A stretch of 64,000 nt of DNA, from IMG/VR virus record IMGVR_UViG_3300038443_001324, one strand, 5' to 3'. The translations under genes and the position numbers were made by a program. This DNA comes from an uncultured virus (IMG/VR IMGVR_UViG_3300038443_001324) (Duplodnaviria > Heunggongvirae > Uroviricota > Caudoviricetes). Positions 1 to 9,168 of the stretch are shown here, one piece after another. The notes under the pieces were generated by a model. It saw only the letters and a program-made list of their open reading frames with translations. It was not told the DNA's origin and made no database searches. Each line of letters opens with the position of its first letter. The first letter of the stretch is position 1.

Positions 1-203
1 GCACGGTGCTGCTCACCGACGAGCACCGCCTTTCGTGGCCGAGCTATACGCGCCCGGCCGGCATGAGCGAACCGAAGTACGTCGAAGAAAAGACCTGGCG
101 CATGCGGCTCACGGTGAGCAAGCCGCAAGCAGCGAAGGCCCCGAAGAAGAAGAAAGCCGCCGCACCCGTCGCGGCCCCTCAATTCGAAGAAGCGAGCGTC
201 TAA
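1..203 (+). CDS. 5'-truncated ORF, possibly the C-terminus of a YqaJ-like exonuclease
   Basis: Open from the window edge and ends 3 nt before RecT. Exonuclease-RecT pairing is typical, but no catalytic motif is visible. Confidence 0.35.
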   Translation, partial: TVLLTDEHRLSWPSYTRPAGMSEPKYVEEKTWRMRLTVSKPQAAKAPKKKKAAAPVAAPQFEEASV

Positions 204-206
204 ACC

Positions 207-1343
207 ATGAGCGAAACCACCACGATCGAGGCACCCCCGCTTAACGTGGCCCCGGAAGGGGCTGAGAGCGGGGCCGTATTGCCCCCGCATACGCCCAACA
301 AGGCGCTGGCCTCGATGCCGCGCGCCGGCGCCAATCCGATCGCGGCCATCATCCCGCAGACGATGGACGAAGCGTACCGGATGGCCAAGGTGATCGCGAT
401 CGCCGGCTGGGCGCCCAAGTCGTACCTGATCGATCAGAACAACGCGAGCCTTGGGTTCTCGCCCGAGAAGATCATGATCGCGATTATGCAGGGCCTCGAG
501 GTGGGGCTCTCGCCGATGGCCTCAGTGCAGTCCATTGCCGTGATAAACGGTATGCCGAGCTTATGGGGGGATGGTGCGCTTGCGGTCGTGCGCGCCTCGG
601 GGTTGATCGAGGATTTCAAGGAAGAGAGGCTCGTCGACGCCGCCGGTAAGTTCCGAGGCTACCGCTGCACGGCGCTGCGCGTGGGCGAGCCCGAGCCGGC
701 AATGCAAGAGTTCACGATGGATGACGCCAAGCTGGCCAAGCTCGACCAGAAGGCGGGCCCGTGGCAGAACTACCCCCAGCGCATGTGCCAAATGCGCGCG
801 CGGGCGTGGGTGCTGCGCGACAAGTTCACCGATTCGCTGAAAGGTTTCAAAATCGCCGAAGAAGCACTCGACATGGTCATCGATATGGGAGAGGCCGACG
901 AGGTGGCGCCCCGCAAGCGTCGGCAGATCAGTAGCTCGGCCCGTGCACAAACGCTCGATCAATTTGCCGGAGCTGCAACAAATTCCGGGCTTGAAGCCGC
1001 CCCGGAGAAGCAAAAGCCGACCAAAAATGATCAAGCGCCGGATACAATCGCGCCAAGCGCAGGGAATAAAAGCGCCGGGACAGATCAGATCGGGAACGGG
1101 GGCTTCACCATGCCAGCTGCGGCAGCAAAGCAGTTTCGGGAGCAAGGCAAATGGATGCCTGCTTACTCTTGGCTTTCGGCTACCCTACCAACGATTAGCG
1201 ATCCCACGGTGCGCCAAGAGTTTGTAAGCACGTTCGCGGACTACTTCCAGACGGCCCGCTCGCACAGCGCTGCTTACGAAAAAACTGTCGACAAACTGCT
1301 GAAAGAAAACGGAGTGACGCTTGACCCGACCGACGAAACCTGA
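207..1343 (+). CDS. recT: RecT-family ssDNA annealing protein
   Basis: Motifs GLEVGLSPMASVQSIAVING, AKLAKL..K.GPWQNYPQRM, RAWVLRD.F.D.L.G. Confidence 0.8.
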   Translation: MSETTTIEAPPLNVAPEGAESGAVLPPHTPNKALASMPRAGANPIAAIIPQTMDEAYRMAKVIAIAGWAPKSYLIDQNNASLGFSPEKIMIAIMQGLEVGLSPMASVQSIAVINGMPSLWGDGALAVVRASGLIEDFKEERLVDAAGKFRGYRCTALRVGEPEPAMQEFTMDDAKLAKLDQKAGPWQNYPQRMCQMRARAWVLRDKFTDSLKGFKIAEEALDMVIDMGEADEVAPRKRRQISSSARAQTLDQFAGAATNSGLEAAPEKQKPTKNDQAPDTIAPSAGNKSAGTDQIGNGGFTMPAAAAKQFREQGKWMPAYSWLSATLPTISDPTVRQEFVSTFADYFQTARSHSAAYEKTVDKLLKENGVTLDPTDET

Positions 1344-1776
1344 ACCGATCAGCGACTTGGCGGCGAAGCTGGGCGCGCGCTTTCAGGCCGCCCGCAACCG
1401 CTACGGCTCGAAAGTCACGCTCACAGAGCTCTCCAAAAAGCTCGGCGTGAGTGTGAACACGCTGCGATGGCATGAGGCCGGCGCGCGAATGCTCCGAGCC
1501 GATCAGATCCACGAGGCCGCCGGGATCATGGGCATCCCGCCCGGCGAGCTGCTCACTGTGCTCGATGAGGACGTCGCGCGCGGCGAACGCTTCGCGATGT
1601 ACCGCATCAAGAACGGCATCAAGCTCGAGGCACTATGCCGCGAGATCCGCGCAACGCCGCAGGAAATCCGGTGGCATGAAATGGGTGTCGCCATGCTCGA
1701 GCGAGATCAACTGCGCCGCGCCGCAGTGTGCCTGAAAGCGCCTCTCGCGGAGCTGGCGGCACCCGATAGCGAGTAA
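1321..1776 (+). CDS. Transcriptional regulator with two XRE-type HTH domains
   Basis: Two HTH-like units: LTELSKKLGVSVNTLRWHEAG and LEALCREIRATPQEIRWHEMG; TTG start overlaps RecT. Confidence 0.7.
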   Translation: MTRPTKPEPISDLAAKLGARFQAARNRYGSKVTLTELSKKLGVSVNTLRWHEAGARMLRADQIHEAAGIMGIPPGELLTVLDEDVARGERFAMYRIKNGIKLEALCREIRATPQEIRWHEMGVAMLERDQLRRAAVCLKAPLAELAAPDSE

Positions 1777-1778
1777 CG

Positions 1779-2099
1779 ATGCACGAGCAGTTATCGCTAT
1801 CGCTAGGGAAGCCGCGCGGCGCTGGCCGACGCCGCCCCAATACGCCTAATGCACGCTGGCTCGACGATGCCCGCGCACTGGCGAGGCGGATATGCCTGGA
1901 AAAGATCGTCGTCACGATCGAGGATATCCGCGAGCGTTGCCCGCTGCCGAAGGATCTGCCTGAAAGCCTTTACGGCAAGGTGTTCCAGGGCCAAACCTTT
2001 GAGGCGATCGGCCGCATGGTTTCGCCTCGCCCCAGCGCGAAGGGCCGAACGGTGCTTGTGTACACGCTGCGCTTTGCCGCCACGCGCATCGATTCGTAG
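1779..2099 (+). CDS. Hypothetical protein
   Basis: ORF starts 2 nt after the HTH gene and ends before a terminator. Confidence 0.6.
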   Translation: MHEQLSLSLGKPRGAGRRRPNTPNARWLDDARALARRICLEKIVVTIEDIRERCPLPKDLPESLYGKVFQGQTFEAIGRMVSPRPSAKGRTVLVYTLRFAATRIDS

Positions 2100-2102
2100 G
2101 AC

Positions 2103-2131
2103 AAAAAAAAGCCCGCAACGCGGCGGGCTTT
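2103..2131. terminator. Intrinsic terminator between convergent units
   Basis: A8-GCCCGC-aacgcg-GCGGGC-TTT. Confidence 0.75.
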
Positions 2132-2185
2132 AAAGAAAAAAAGTGCTGAAAGAAGGGGAGAGCCCCTGCTTCACGCGGAAGCATA

Positions 2186-2734
2186 TCACGGTGTTACGCC
2201 GGACGTGGTGCCCTTTCGTTCATCCATCAAAATCTGTTGCGCTTCCCGCAACTGGTCTGCTACTGCGTCGGCGTCGTCGGCGATAGATTCAAAAGCAATT
2301 CCGTACGTTGGCGAAAGTTCGACGCGTGCGGTTGCATAACCGAGGCCGGAACCGGCGGAAGCACCGGGCACTGCGCGGCCACCACCGCCGGCGGGGCAGG
2401 CAACTTTGGCGTCGACGTACATGCGCTGCTTGCCAGCGCGCAGCTGATCGATAGTAGCGTCCCGGCGAATGATTTCATCATGCCTTTCCTGTTGGAGCTG
2501 CGCGTCGTGCGCAGCGAATTGGGCTTCCCAATACTGCTGCGCCTTCTGTGCAGCCTGCGCGGCCGCCTGCTGCACAGCGTTGCTCTCGTTGGCTAGATCG
2601 AGCTTGTACTGCGTGTTTTGCTGGCTCACGCGCGCGAGCTCGCCTTCGAAATGATCGGCCGTGAACCACCACCCGGCGCCGGCGCCAAGCGCGAGCGCCG
2701 CCGCAAGAATAGCTAGTTTGAAATAGCCGTTCAC
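2186..2734 (-). CDS. Rz: Rz-like inner-membrane spanin
   Basis: N-terminal TM helix, coiled coil, LRAGKQRMYV motif; contains an embedded lipoprotein ORF. Confidence 0.85.
   Translation of the reverse strand: MNGYFKLAILAAALALGAGAGWWFTADHFEGELARVSQQNTQYKLDLANESNAVQQAAAQAAQKAQQYWEAQFAAHDAQLQQERHDEIIRRDATIDQLRAGKQRMYVDAKVACPAGGGGRAVPGASAGSGLGYATARVELSPTYGIAFESIADDADAVADQLREAQQILMDERKGTTSGVTP
2260..2481 (-). CDS. Rz1: Rz1-like outer-membrane spanin (lipoprotein), embedded in Rz
   Basis: Signal peptide with lipobox-like SSAC, Pro-rich segment CPVLPPVP, nested in an alternative frame of Rz. Confidence 0.8.
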   Translation of the reverse strand: MMKSFAGTLLSISCALASSACTSTPKLPAPPAVVAAQCPVLPPVPASVMQPHASNFRQRTELLLNLSPTTPTQ

Positions 2735-2743
2735 GGCTCCCCC

Positions 2744-3280
2744 TTACGCTGCCTGCCGCAGCTCACACAGCACGTTCACGAGCTCGTCGGCCTTGGCGAA
2801 GAGCGCCTCGAGCGTGTCGTCGTTCACGAGGTTGCGATCGAATGGCAGATCGCGCTGCGAGCGGCCCTCGGAGATCGAGGGGCGATCGATGCGGATCACC
2901 ACGGCGCCGAGCTCGCGCGCCTTGACGATCTCGTTGGCGAACCGGATATCGTCGGTAACGATGCGATCGCCCGCCACCTCGCGAACGAAGCGCGGATACT
3001 GGTTGGCCCAGACGTCCGAGTGCACGCTGCGGCGCCCCCAATCGTAGCCAAGCGCGCTTTTCAACGCGGTAGGCGTGAGGCCGCCGAAATCCTTGAGCGG
3101 CGCGTTTTTGGCGTCTCCTTCGAAATCCTCGTCTCCCAGCGCAAAGCCGGCCTCGAGCATTCGGTGCACGGGTTCCATCATGCGCACGCGCGCGAAACCG
3201 TGCTTTTCGATCAGGTGCTTGGCGATGGCGATCTTGCCCGACGCCGGCTCGCCCGTGAGCGCAATAATCAGCTTTTGCAT
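2744..3280 (-). CDS. Deoxynucleoside monophosphate kinase-like protein
   Basis: IALTGEPASGK P-loop, LG.DWGR, IVTDDIRFANE. Confidence 0.75.
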   Translation of the reverse strand: MQKLIIALTGEPASGKIAIAKHLIEKHGFARVRMMEPVHRMLEAGFALGDEDFEGDAKNAPLKDFGGLTPTALKSALGYDWGRRSVHSDVWANQYPRFVREVAGDRIVTDDIRFANEIVKARELGAVVIRIDRPSISEGRSQRDLPFDRNLVNDDTLEALFAKADELVNVLCELRQAA

Positions 3281-3307
3281 TGTTGTTTGGGGCTCGCGTA
3301 GCTGCGG

Positions 3308-3631
3308 TCAGGCGTTTGCGGTAGCTGCCGGCTCGCAGCTGGCGGGCTGAGCGGCGGCCGTTTGCAGGGTATTCGCGGCCTTAAACGCATCGATCTGCTG
3401 CTGCAGATCGGCAAGCGCCTGCGCGTTGGCTGCGAGTTGCTCTTGCTGCGCGGCGAGCTGCTGGCCTGCCTGCTGCAGCGCTGCGCCGAGATCCGCGTTT
3501 TGCGCTTCGGCTACGGCGCACTGGTTGAGCGCTTGATCGCGCTGCCGTTGCAACGCTTGAAGCAAGCCGCTGGGGCTAACTTGCGGCTGCGCTTGTTGAC
3601 CCTGCGAATTTTGCGAGGTTGACGAGTCCAT
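3308..3631 (-). CDS. Gln/Ala-rich coiled-coil protein
   Basis: Likely start MDSSTSQ at 3631; heptad pattern; LQRQRDQALN resembles the 6864-7067 protein. Confidence 0.6.
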   Translation of the reverse strand: MDSSTSQNSQGQQAQPQVSPSGLLQALQRQRDQALNQCAVAEAQNADLGAALQQAGQQLAAQQEQLAANAQALADLQQQIDAFKAANTLQTAAAQPASCEPAATANA

Positions 3632-3805
3632 AATTGTGATAACCGGTCCGATGTAGTTATTAAGGGGGTGATGCTCGGCACACATTCTATGTGCGGAATG
3701 CAACATTGTGAAGAAAAAATCGGAAGTAAAGAGATGTTGCATTTTTTTGCAAGCAATAAATGCCGGGGGCCGCTCAAGAGCTGGCCGACCGGCATGTCGC
3801 ATTGC

Positions 3806-4276
3806 TTACGCGGCTGCTCGCTTCATGGCCGCGAGAACGCGCTTGATGGCCACTGCCAGCGCGTTCGGATCCAGGCGCCAGCTCTGTTCGAAGCCGAGCA
3901 TCGCGCCCACTGCCTCGCTGCAAAATTCCTCGTTCGGCTTGTGATGGATGAAACCGCACACGAAGTGGGCGTCGCCCCAGCTGTCGTATTTATCACCGTC
4001 GTGCTGGTTGAACCATGCGATCGCCGCGGCCTCGTCGAACACGTCGCCGAGCTCGAGCACGTCCCACTGCGTGGCATCGCCAAAGTTGATCGAGCCGGCG
4101 GCGGCCGCGCGCACACCGCCATCCAGAAACGTCGACGAAAGCGATCGGCCATCGGATAGCACCAGCTCGACGTGCGCATACTCCCCCGCCATCCACTCAT
4201 GCACGCCGATATCGAACAGGGCCGAGAGGCCTGGCTTGGTCCCTTTGAAAAACGCTGCTTTCATTGCAAACCTCAA
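3806..4276 (-). CDS. Permuted papain-like (NlpC/P60 superfamily) protein
   Basis: His precedes Cys: YAHVELV ... KYD ... FCSEAV. Confidence 0.6.
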   Translation of the reverse strand: MRFAMKAAFFKGTKPGLSALFDIGVHEWMAGEYAHVELVLSDGRSLSSTFLDGGVRAAAAGSINFGDATQWDVLELGDVFDEAAAIAWFNQHDGDKYDSWGDAHFVCGFIHHKPNEEFCSEAVGAMLGFEQSWRLDPNALAVAIKRVLAAMKRAAA

Positions 4277-4812
4277 TCGAGCGTCGCGGCCACCTGGTTG
4301 ATGCTCGCGACGATGCTGTTGTAGGTAGCCTGCGCTGTCGGTGCGTCAGGCGCGTTGATCACCTCGTATTTGCGCATCCGAAGGGCGCCGAGCTGCTCGA
4401 GCGCGTTTTGAAGGTTTGATGCTTGGGCAAGGATGGTGTCGGCCGCGTCCTGGTAGCCCTTAGCCGCCGACGCCGCATAGGACGTGATCCACACGCCCGG
4501 GTCGCCCTGGTAGCCCGCGGTCTTGAACGCCTGCGCGGCAGCCAGGCGCGCCTCGTACTCGGCCTGGAAGCGGGTCCACTGTGAATAAATGTTGGCCACG
4601 AGGGCGTCGATCTCCGCGGCGAGCTGGTTCTGCGTCGGCGGTGGCTTCGCCGGAGCGCTGGACGGGGGCGTTGGCGTATTGCCGGCCTCAACCCACGCCA
4701 AATAGTCGGCCGAGAAAGGGTCGTTTGGAGAGCCGGAAATCAAGGCGCCGTCCGATCGGATAACGGCGATCGAGCCAGCGCGAACGAGCTGATAGGTGTA
4801 TGCAGTCGTCAT
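4273..4812 (-). CDS. Tail fibre-associated/assembly protein
   Basis: IRSDGA.I...P...DYLAWVEAGNTP motif; directly downstream of the tail fibre. Confidence 0.55.
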   Translation of the reverse strand: MTTAYTYQLVRAGSIAVIRSDGALISGSPNDPFSADYLAWVEAGNTPTPPSSAPAKPPPTQNQLAAEIDALVANIYSQWTRFQAEYEARLAAAQAFKTAGYQGDPGVWITSYAASAAKGYQDAADTILAQASNLQNALEQLGALRMRKYEVINAPDAPTAQATYNSIVASINQVAATLD

Positions 4813-6854
4813 TGCGTCATCCCGTGCGCGGCGAGCAGCGCCTCAAGTTGTTTAACGCGTGTGCTCAACTCTTTGATGGCTGCAAGCGCAAGCACTGGCA
4901 GTCGATCGTATTGCACGCCGAGATAGCCGTTGCGCTCGGTTACGATCTCGGGACGCACTTTTTTGACGTCCCCCGCGATCACCGCAAGCTGCACCGGCGA
5001 ATCATTGGGCAGCCCCAAAGCCTCGGCATGATCGTCGTCGATCTTCCAGGTGTGCAGCACCGTTCGGATTGACTCGACGGCTTCAAGCGCGTTGGGGACG
5101 TCACCGCGAATATTTTTGAGCTTCTCGTCGGAATTGGCCGTCCATGCAGTCGCGCCCCAAGCCATATACATACCTATGTTGCTCGAGTTATAGACGACCA
5201 GATTGTTGGCGCTGTCTGGGCCAATCTCCCAAAAATTACCCGACGCCGAGTTGCTTAAATGAAGAGGAACCACAGGGGAGGTAAGTGTCACTGGCCCGTA
5301 CGGAGAAGCGACATTGAAGCCGCTCGTGCTACCAAATATATAGGCCGAGCCTGTGCTGCCGAAGTAAAGAACGCCTTCGGCATTGTTTCCAGAATATCCC
5401 TGCGTCCACAGCGAGCCGTTACCACATACCAGATTGCCGGTTGAAGTCACGGTACCGCTGTCGCTGACCGAAAAATTCCATGCAGTACCGGCCTGGTTGA
5501 TCGATCCCCACATGCCCGACGGGTCCGATTGAAGGATCGGCCTATAAGTTGTAGTCCCGTTAGAACTAGTCAGGACAACGGTGCCCGCTACAGTGAGAGT
5601 CCCCGATACTGTCCCGCCCGCCGAAGGCAGATAATTCGCCGGGTTGAAGTTGGTGCTATCCCACGGCGTCGCGGCACCGAACACTGGCCGATAGCCAAAT
5701 GTAACTTGACCATTCGACCGGTTGATCGAGAGCGCGCTATCGATCGAGTTACCCGAATCATCATAGCGGCTTATAAAAAAATTGGAACCTGCATTATTGC
5801 CAGATTCAGCAGCGCTGTCGGCGCCTATAAGCCAGCGCGTATATCCACCTGTGTCGAATTCGACTTGACGCTGCTGCCCTGCATTGGCATTCAGATATAA
5901 AACAGCGGGCGCTGCGCCTGTGTGCACTTGCACATTACCTGTGAATAAAGCTCCGGCGAGCGGCGCATAGTTCGCCGGGTTGAAGTTGTTCGAATCCCAG
6001 GGTGTATAGCCCTGCCACGTGGGTCGCTTGGCAAGCGAAATGCCGCTGATGCCGCCGGCCTGGCCACCTGTCACCATCAGCCAATTGGCCGCGGTGCTGT
6101 AATTGTCGGCCACGAACCGCCCATAGAGCGCTCCACCGCCGAACATGAAGTCTGCTATCCGGTTATTTGCGGTGCGCGTGCTGTCCGTGAGCTGCAGGAA
6201 CGCGCCTGATCCCGACGCCCACGCCGAGACGTTTGTCGCGCTCACACCAGCGCCAGAACCGCCCTTGCTCGACATGTTGCCGGTGAAGGTCGCCCCGGCG
6301 AGCAGCGCGTAATTGCTAGGCGTGAAATTGCCGCTATCCCATGGCGTGTTTCCATTGAAGGTCGGCCGCTGCGCAAACGCGGCGACGTCCGTATCGTAGA
6401 ACGTGACGGGCATCGTACTCGTCGAAAAATCGCCGGAGGCCGCGGTATTGCGAAAAAGCGACATCGCGACGCCGATCGAACGCCACTGGAAGATGCCCTC
6501 GCCGTTGGGCTCCGACGTGTCCCAAAAGGTAATAGACGGCTGGCTTGCCTTTAGGCTCAGATTCCCGGTGAACGTGCCGCCGGCAAAGGACATATATTGG
6601 GCCGCCACGTCCTGCGCGAAGATCGGCGTCTTGTTGAGATCGCACACGAGCTGCCAGGTTGTAAACGGCGTGATCGTCGTGAGCTGATAGAGCTTCAGTA
6701 AATCGTAGCGGTAACAGAACATACCGACGATCAGATTGGTCGTCGGGAAGGCGGTGCCGCTCGAGTTCGACTGCGTGGTTTGGTCGTTATTGAGCAGCAG
6801 CTCGAGCGACGAGGCGATCGTCTGCGTGTCCGGGATAGCGGTGTAGCTTTGCAT
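4809..6854 (-). CDS. Tail fibre with C-terminal intramolecular chaperone (peptidase S74-type)
   Basis: Three RP.F/W.G.TPWDS.NF.P.NY repeats; C-terminal SDEKLKNI ... GVQYDRL.VLALAAIKEL. Confidence 0.85.
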   Translation of the reverse strand: MQSYTAIPDTQTIASSLELLLNNDQTTQSNSSGTAFPTTNLIVGMFCYRYDLLKLYQLTTITPFTTWQLVCDLNKTPIFAQDVAAQYMSFAGGTFTGNLSLKASQPSITFWDTSEPNGEGIFQWRSIGVAMSLFRNTAASGDFSTSTMPVTFYDTDVAAFAQRPTFNGNTPWDSGNFTPSNYALLAGATFTGNMSSKGGSGAGVSATNVSAWASGSGAFLQLTDSTRTANNRIADFMFGGGALYGRFVADNYSTAANWLMVTGGQAGGISGISLAKRPTWQGYTPWDSNNFNPANYAPLAGALFTGNVQVHTGAAPAVLYLNANAGQQRQVEFDTGGYTRWLIGADSAAESGNNAGSNFFISRYDDSGNSIDSALSINRSNGQVTFGYRPVFGAATPWDSTNFNPANYLPSAGGTVSGTLTVAGTVVLTSSNGTTTYRPILQSDPSGMWGSINQAGTAWNFSVSDSGTVTSTGNLVCGNGSLWTQGYSGNNAEGVLYFGSTGSAYIFGSTSGFNVASPYGPVTLTSPVVPLHLSNSASGNFWEIGPDSANNLVVYNSSNIGMYMAWGATAWTANSDEKLKNIRGDVPNALEAVESIRTVLHTWKIDDDHAEALGLPNDSPVQLAVIAGDVKKVRPEIVTERNGYLGVQYDRLPVLALAAIKELSTRVKQLEALLAAHGMTQ

Positions 6855-6863
6855 GAGGGCCCC

Positions 6864-7067
6864 TTACGCGATCGCGACGCCGGCGCGCGCGAGCTGCGCA
6901 TGGGCATCGTCCAGTTGAGATTGCAGCAGGGCATTCGCGCGTGCGGCCGCGGCGAGCTCGATCTGCATTTGTGCGGCACTGGCTTCGGCCGCCGCAGCCG
7001 CATTCAGGGCCTCGGTACGCTGCGCCTGCAGCGCGCGCAGCATCGTCTCGTGCTTCGGATCAGTCAT
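6864..7067 (-). CDS. Small coiled-coil protein
   Basis: 67 aa, Ala/Gln-rich; 4-nt overlap with the radical SAM gene. Confidence 0.6.
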   Translation of the reverse strand: MTDPKHETMLRALQAQRTEALNAAAAAEASAAQMQIELAAAARANALLQSQLDDAHAQLARAGVAIA

Positions 7068-8413
7068 TTTTGAACAGCGATAGGAATGATCTGGCGGCCG
7101 GCGCGAAGGGTGCCAGCCTGGGGGGCGAAGACGTTTTGTCGATGCTCGGGCAGCTCGCCCGTCATCGGCTCGATGCGCTGCAGCTCGCAGCCGGTCATTT
7201 CCTTGATCGCAACCGCGAACAGGGCCACGTTATCGCTGTAGGCGCTCTCGCACGTGGCGTCCCATAGGTCGCCCTCGAGGAACATGCACGAGCCCTTGCA
7301 CAGCTGCAGCACCGGGCAGCTCGAGCAGCGCGAGCGCGTCGACCAGTGCCGCGCAGTGTTTAGACGGATAGATGATATCGCGTCGATATCGCCTATATGG
7401 TGACTTTCGCCATTGGGCGCGATCGCAGAGGTGCTCACGTTCTGACAGGTGAGTACCTCTCCGCGTAGCGTAACGGTGAGCGAATCGTCGGCGTCCGCGC
7501 CGCACTTCTGGCCAAGCGAGCGGGCCGGGCGTGCATAGCGGATCGAGTCGATAAGCCCCACGATCTTCTGTGTCACGTTCGCGAAATTAAGCGCGCGGCC
7601 GCCACTCAATTCCTCATAGGCGCGCCGGCGATAGGCGCCATGTTCTTCGGCCGACTGCAGCGCCATCGACATGCCGCCATGATCGTAGCTATCGATAAAG
7701 CCGCCTTCGCCGATCGGCACGCTCTCGTCGCCTGTGAGCTCAACGAAATAGGCCTGTACCGCGGCGCGAGATTGGTTGCCCCGGTGCATCATCGCGTTGA
7801 ACGAGATCCGGTCGAGCTTGCGTAACTGCCGATACAGCAGCAACGCCGCGTCTTTGGCCATGCTCTTTGCGCCGGCGAATGGATCGGGCCCGCGCACCGC
7901 TTGCCCCGGCCCGTCGTGCGAGATCGCCACGCGGAAGCGGTTTTGCACGAGCCACATGCCGACCATCGGGTTAAGCAGCGAGCCGTTGGTGATGATCGAG
8001 AAGTCGGCGTATGGATGGCGCAGCCGCAACTGCTCAACAAGCGGCTGCAGCGTTTTCATGTAGACGAGCGGCTCGCCGCCCCAAAACTCAATGCGCGCGT
8101 CGTCGGCGATATTTAGCGTTTTCAGGCTCGCGATGAAATCGACCACCGACGAGGGGCCCGTCTGATCGGCGTGCGGCACGAAGCGCTGCGAGCAATACTC
8201 ACAGCTGTAATTGCACGAAAGCCCGAGCTGTATCTTGAGTTTTCGCACCTCGTTGCTCTTGCGGCCCGTCCAGGCGTACGACTCATATTCGCGTCGCTCG
8301 ACGGGCAGCACCGGTCGCCCGAGCGCGTCGGTGAGCGTGCTGGCCTGATTGTTGTAGAGGAACTGGCGAGCGCGGCCGCACTGATCGACGGTGTGCAATA
8401 CGAACCCGGTCAT
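7064..8413 (-). CDS. Radical SAM enzyme with SPASM domain
   Basis: CNYSCEYC (CxxxCxxC), FWGGEPL, ITNGSLL, ISHDGP; C-terminal KCG...TCQ...CSSCPVLQLCKGSC...C. Confidence 0.9.
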   Translation of the reverse strand: MTGFVLHTVDQCGRARQFLYNNQASTLTDALGRPVLPVERREYESYAWTGRKSNEVRKLKIQLGLSCNYSCEYCSQRFVPHADQTGPSSVVDFIASLKTLNIADDARIEFWGGEPLVYMKTLQPLVEQLRLRHPYADFSIITNGSLLNPMVGMWLVQNRFRVAISHDGPGQAVRGPDPFAGAKSMAKDAALLLYRQLRKLDRISFNAMMHRGNQSRAAVQAYFVELTGDESVPIGEGGFIDSYDHGGMSMALQSAEEHGAYRRRAYEELSGGRALNFANVTQKIVGLIDSIRYARPARSLGQKCGADADDSLTVTLRGEVLTCQNVSTSAIAPNGESHHIGDIDAISSIRLNTARHWSTRSRCSSCPVLQLCKGSCMFLEGDLWDATCESAYSDNVALFAVAIKEMTGCELQRIEPMTGELPEHRQNVFAPQAGTLRAGRQIIPIAVQK

Positions 8414-9168
8414 TTGCGCGCCACCTTCAGATAAGCCGCCTGCAGGGCGCGCAGCGCATTCTTGAAGCGCCCCACCTTGCCGATCGCGACGTCGGGCGCC
8501 GTGAGCGTAAGCGCGGATCCTTGCGCCATTTCCTCAGCGAACCCGGCCGCCCACGAAGGCACTTTCACGCCGTTCATCATCGAGATCACGATCGTCGTGA
8601 GCAGATCGAGCTGCAGCTCAAGCGCGGCCAGCGAATCGTTGGTCTTCACCTCTTTGAGCAGCTTGTGCTTGGCCCATTGGCGTTGCAGAAACGGCTCGAT
8701 CGAGGGCATCAGGCGCTTGAGCACCATATCGCCCGATTCGGGCACCGTGTCCACCATCGGCGAGGCATTGCCCGGCTCGATCGTGTGGCAGAAAAAGATC
8801 GCCGCGAAATCGGCGTGATCGGGCGAGATCCCGACAAGCACGATCGGCATAAAGGCGTCGATGCCCTTGCGCACCATGATCGCGGACCAGCTGTCGCGGC
8901 TCTCGTTAAGCTCGCTGGCCCACACGGGCATCCACGCGCCGCTACGCGCCCGCACGAGGTAGAGCACGTCCGGGCCATACTGCACGCGGCTAAGGTCAAA
9001 TTCCCAATCGAGCGCGATTTCCGCGCACTTCATCGTAAAGCCGCGCGCGGTGGCCTCCACGGTTACGACTTGGGCCGCGTTGCCTAGATTGTTCGGGTCA
9101 AGCAGTGATCGATGCACGAGCACGGTCTGCACTCCATTGGAACGAGGGGTAATCGAAGTCGAAGCCAT
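8410..9168 (-). CDS. Hypothetical protein between the Hint tail fibre and the radical SAM gene
   Basis: 252-aa ORF overlapping both neighbours (4 nt and 71 nt). Confidence 0.7.
   Translation of the reverse strand: MASTSITPRSNGVQTVLVHRSLLDPNNLGNAAQVVTVEATARGFTMKCAEIALDWEFDLSRVQYGPDVLYLVRARSGAWMPVWASELNESRDSWSAIMVRKGIDAFMPIVLVGISPDHADFAAIFFCHTIEPGNASPMVDTVPESGDMVLKRLMPSIEPFLQRQWAKHKLLKEVKTNDSLAALELQLDLLTTIVISMMNGVKVPSWAAGFAEEMAQGSALTLTAPDVAIGKVGRFKNALRALQAAYLKVARK

Noticed and set aside
7064..8413. Radical SAM as a QueE/7-deazaguanine or anaerobic RNR activase
   Set aside because: It carries a SPASM Cys array, and no queC/queD/folE/dpdA or nrdD genes are visible in the window; its context is the tail module.
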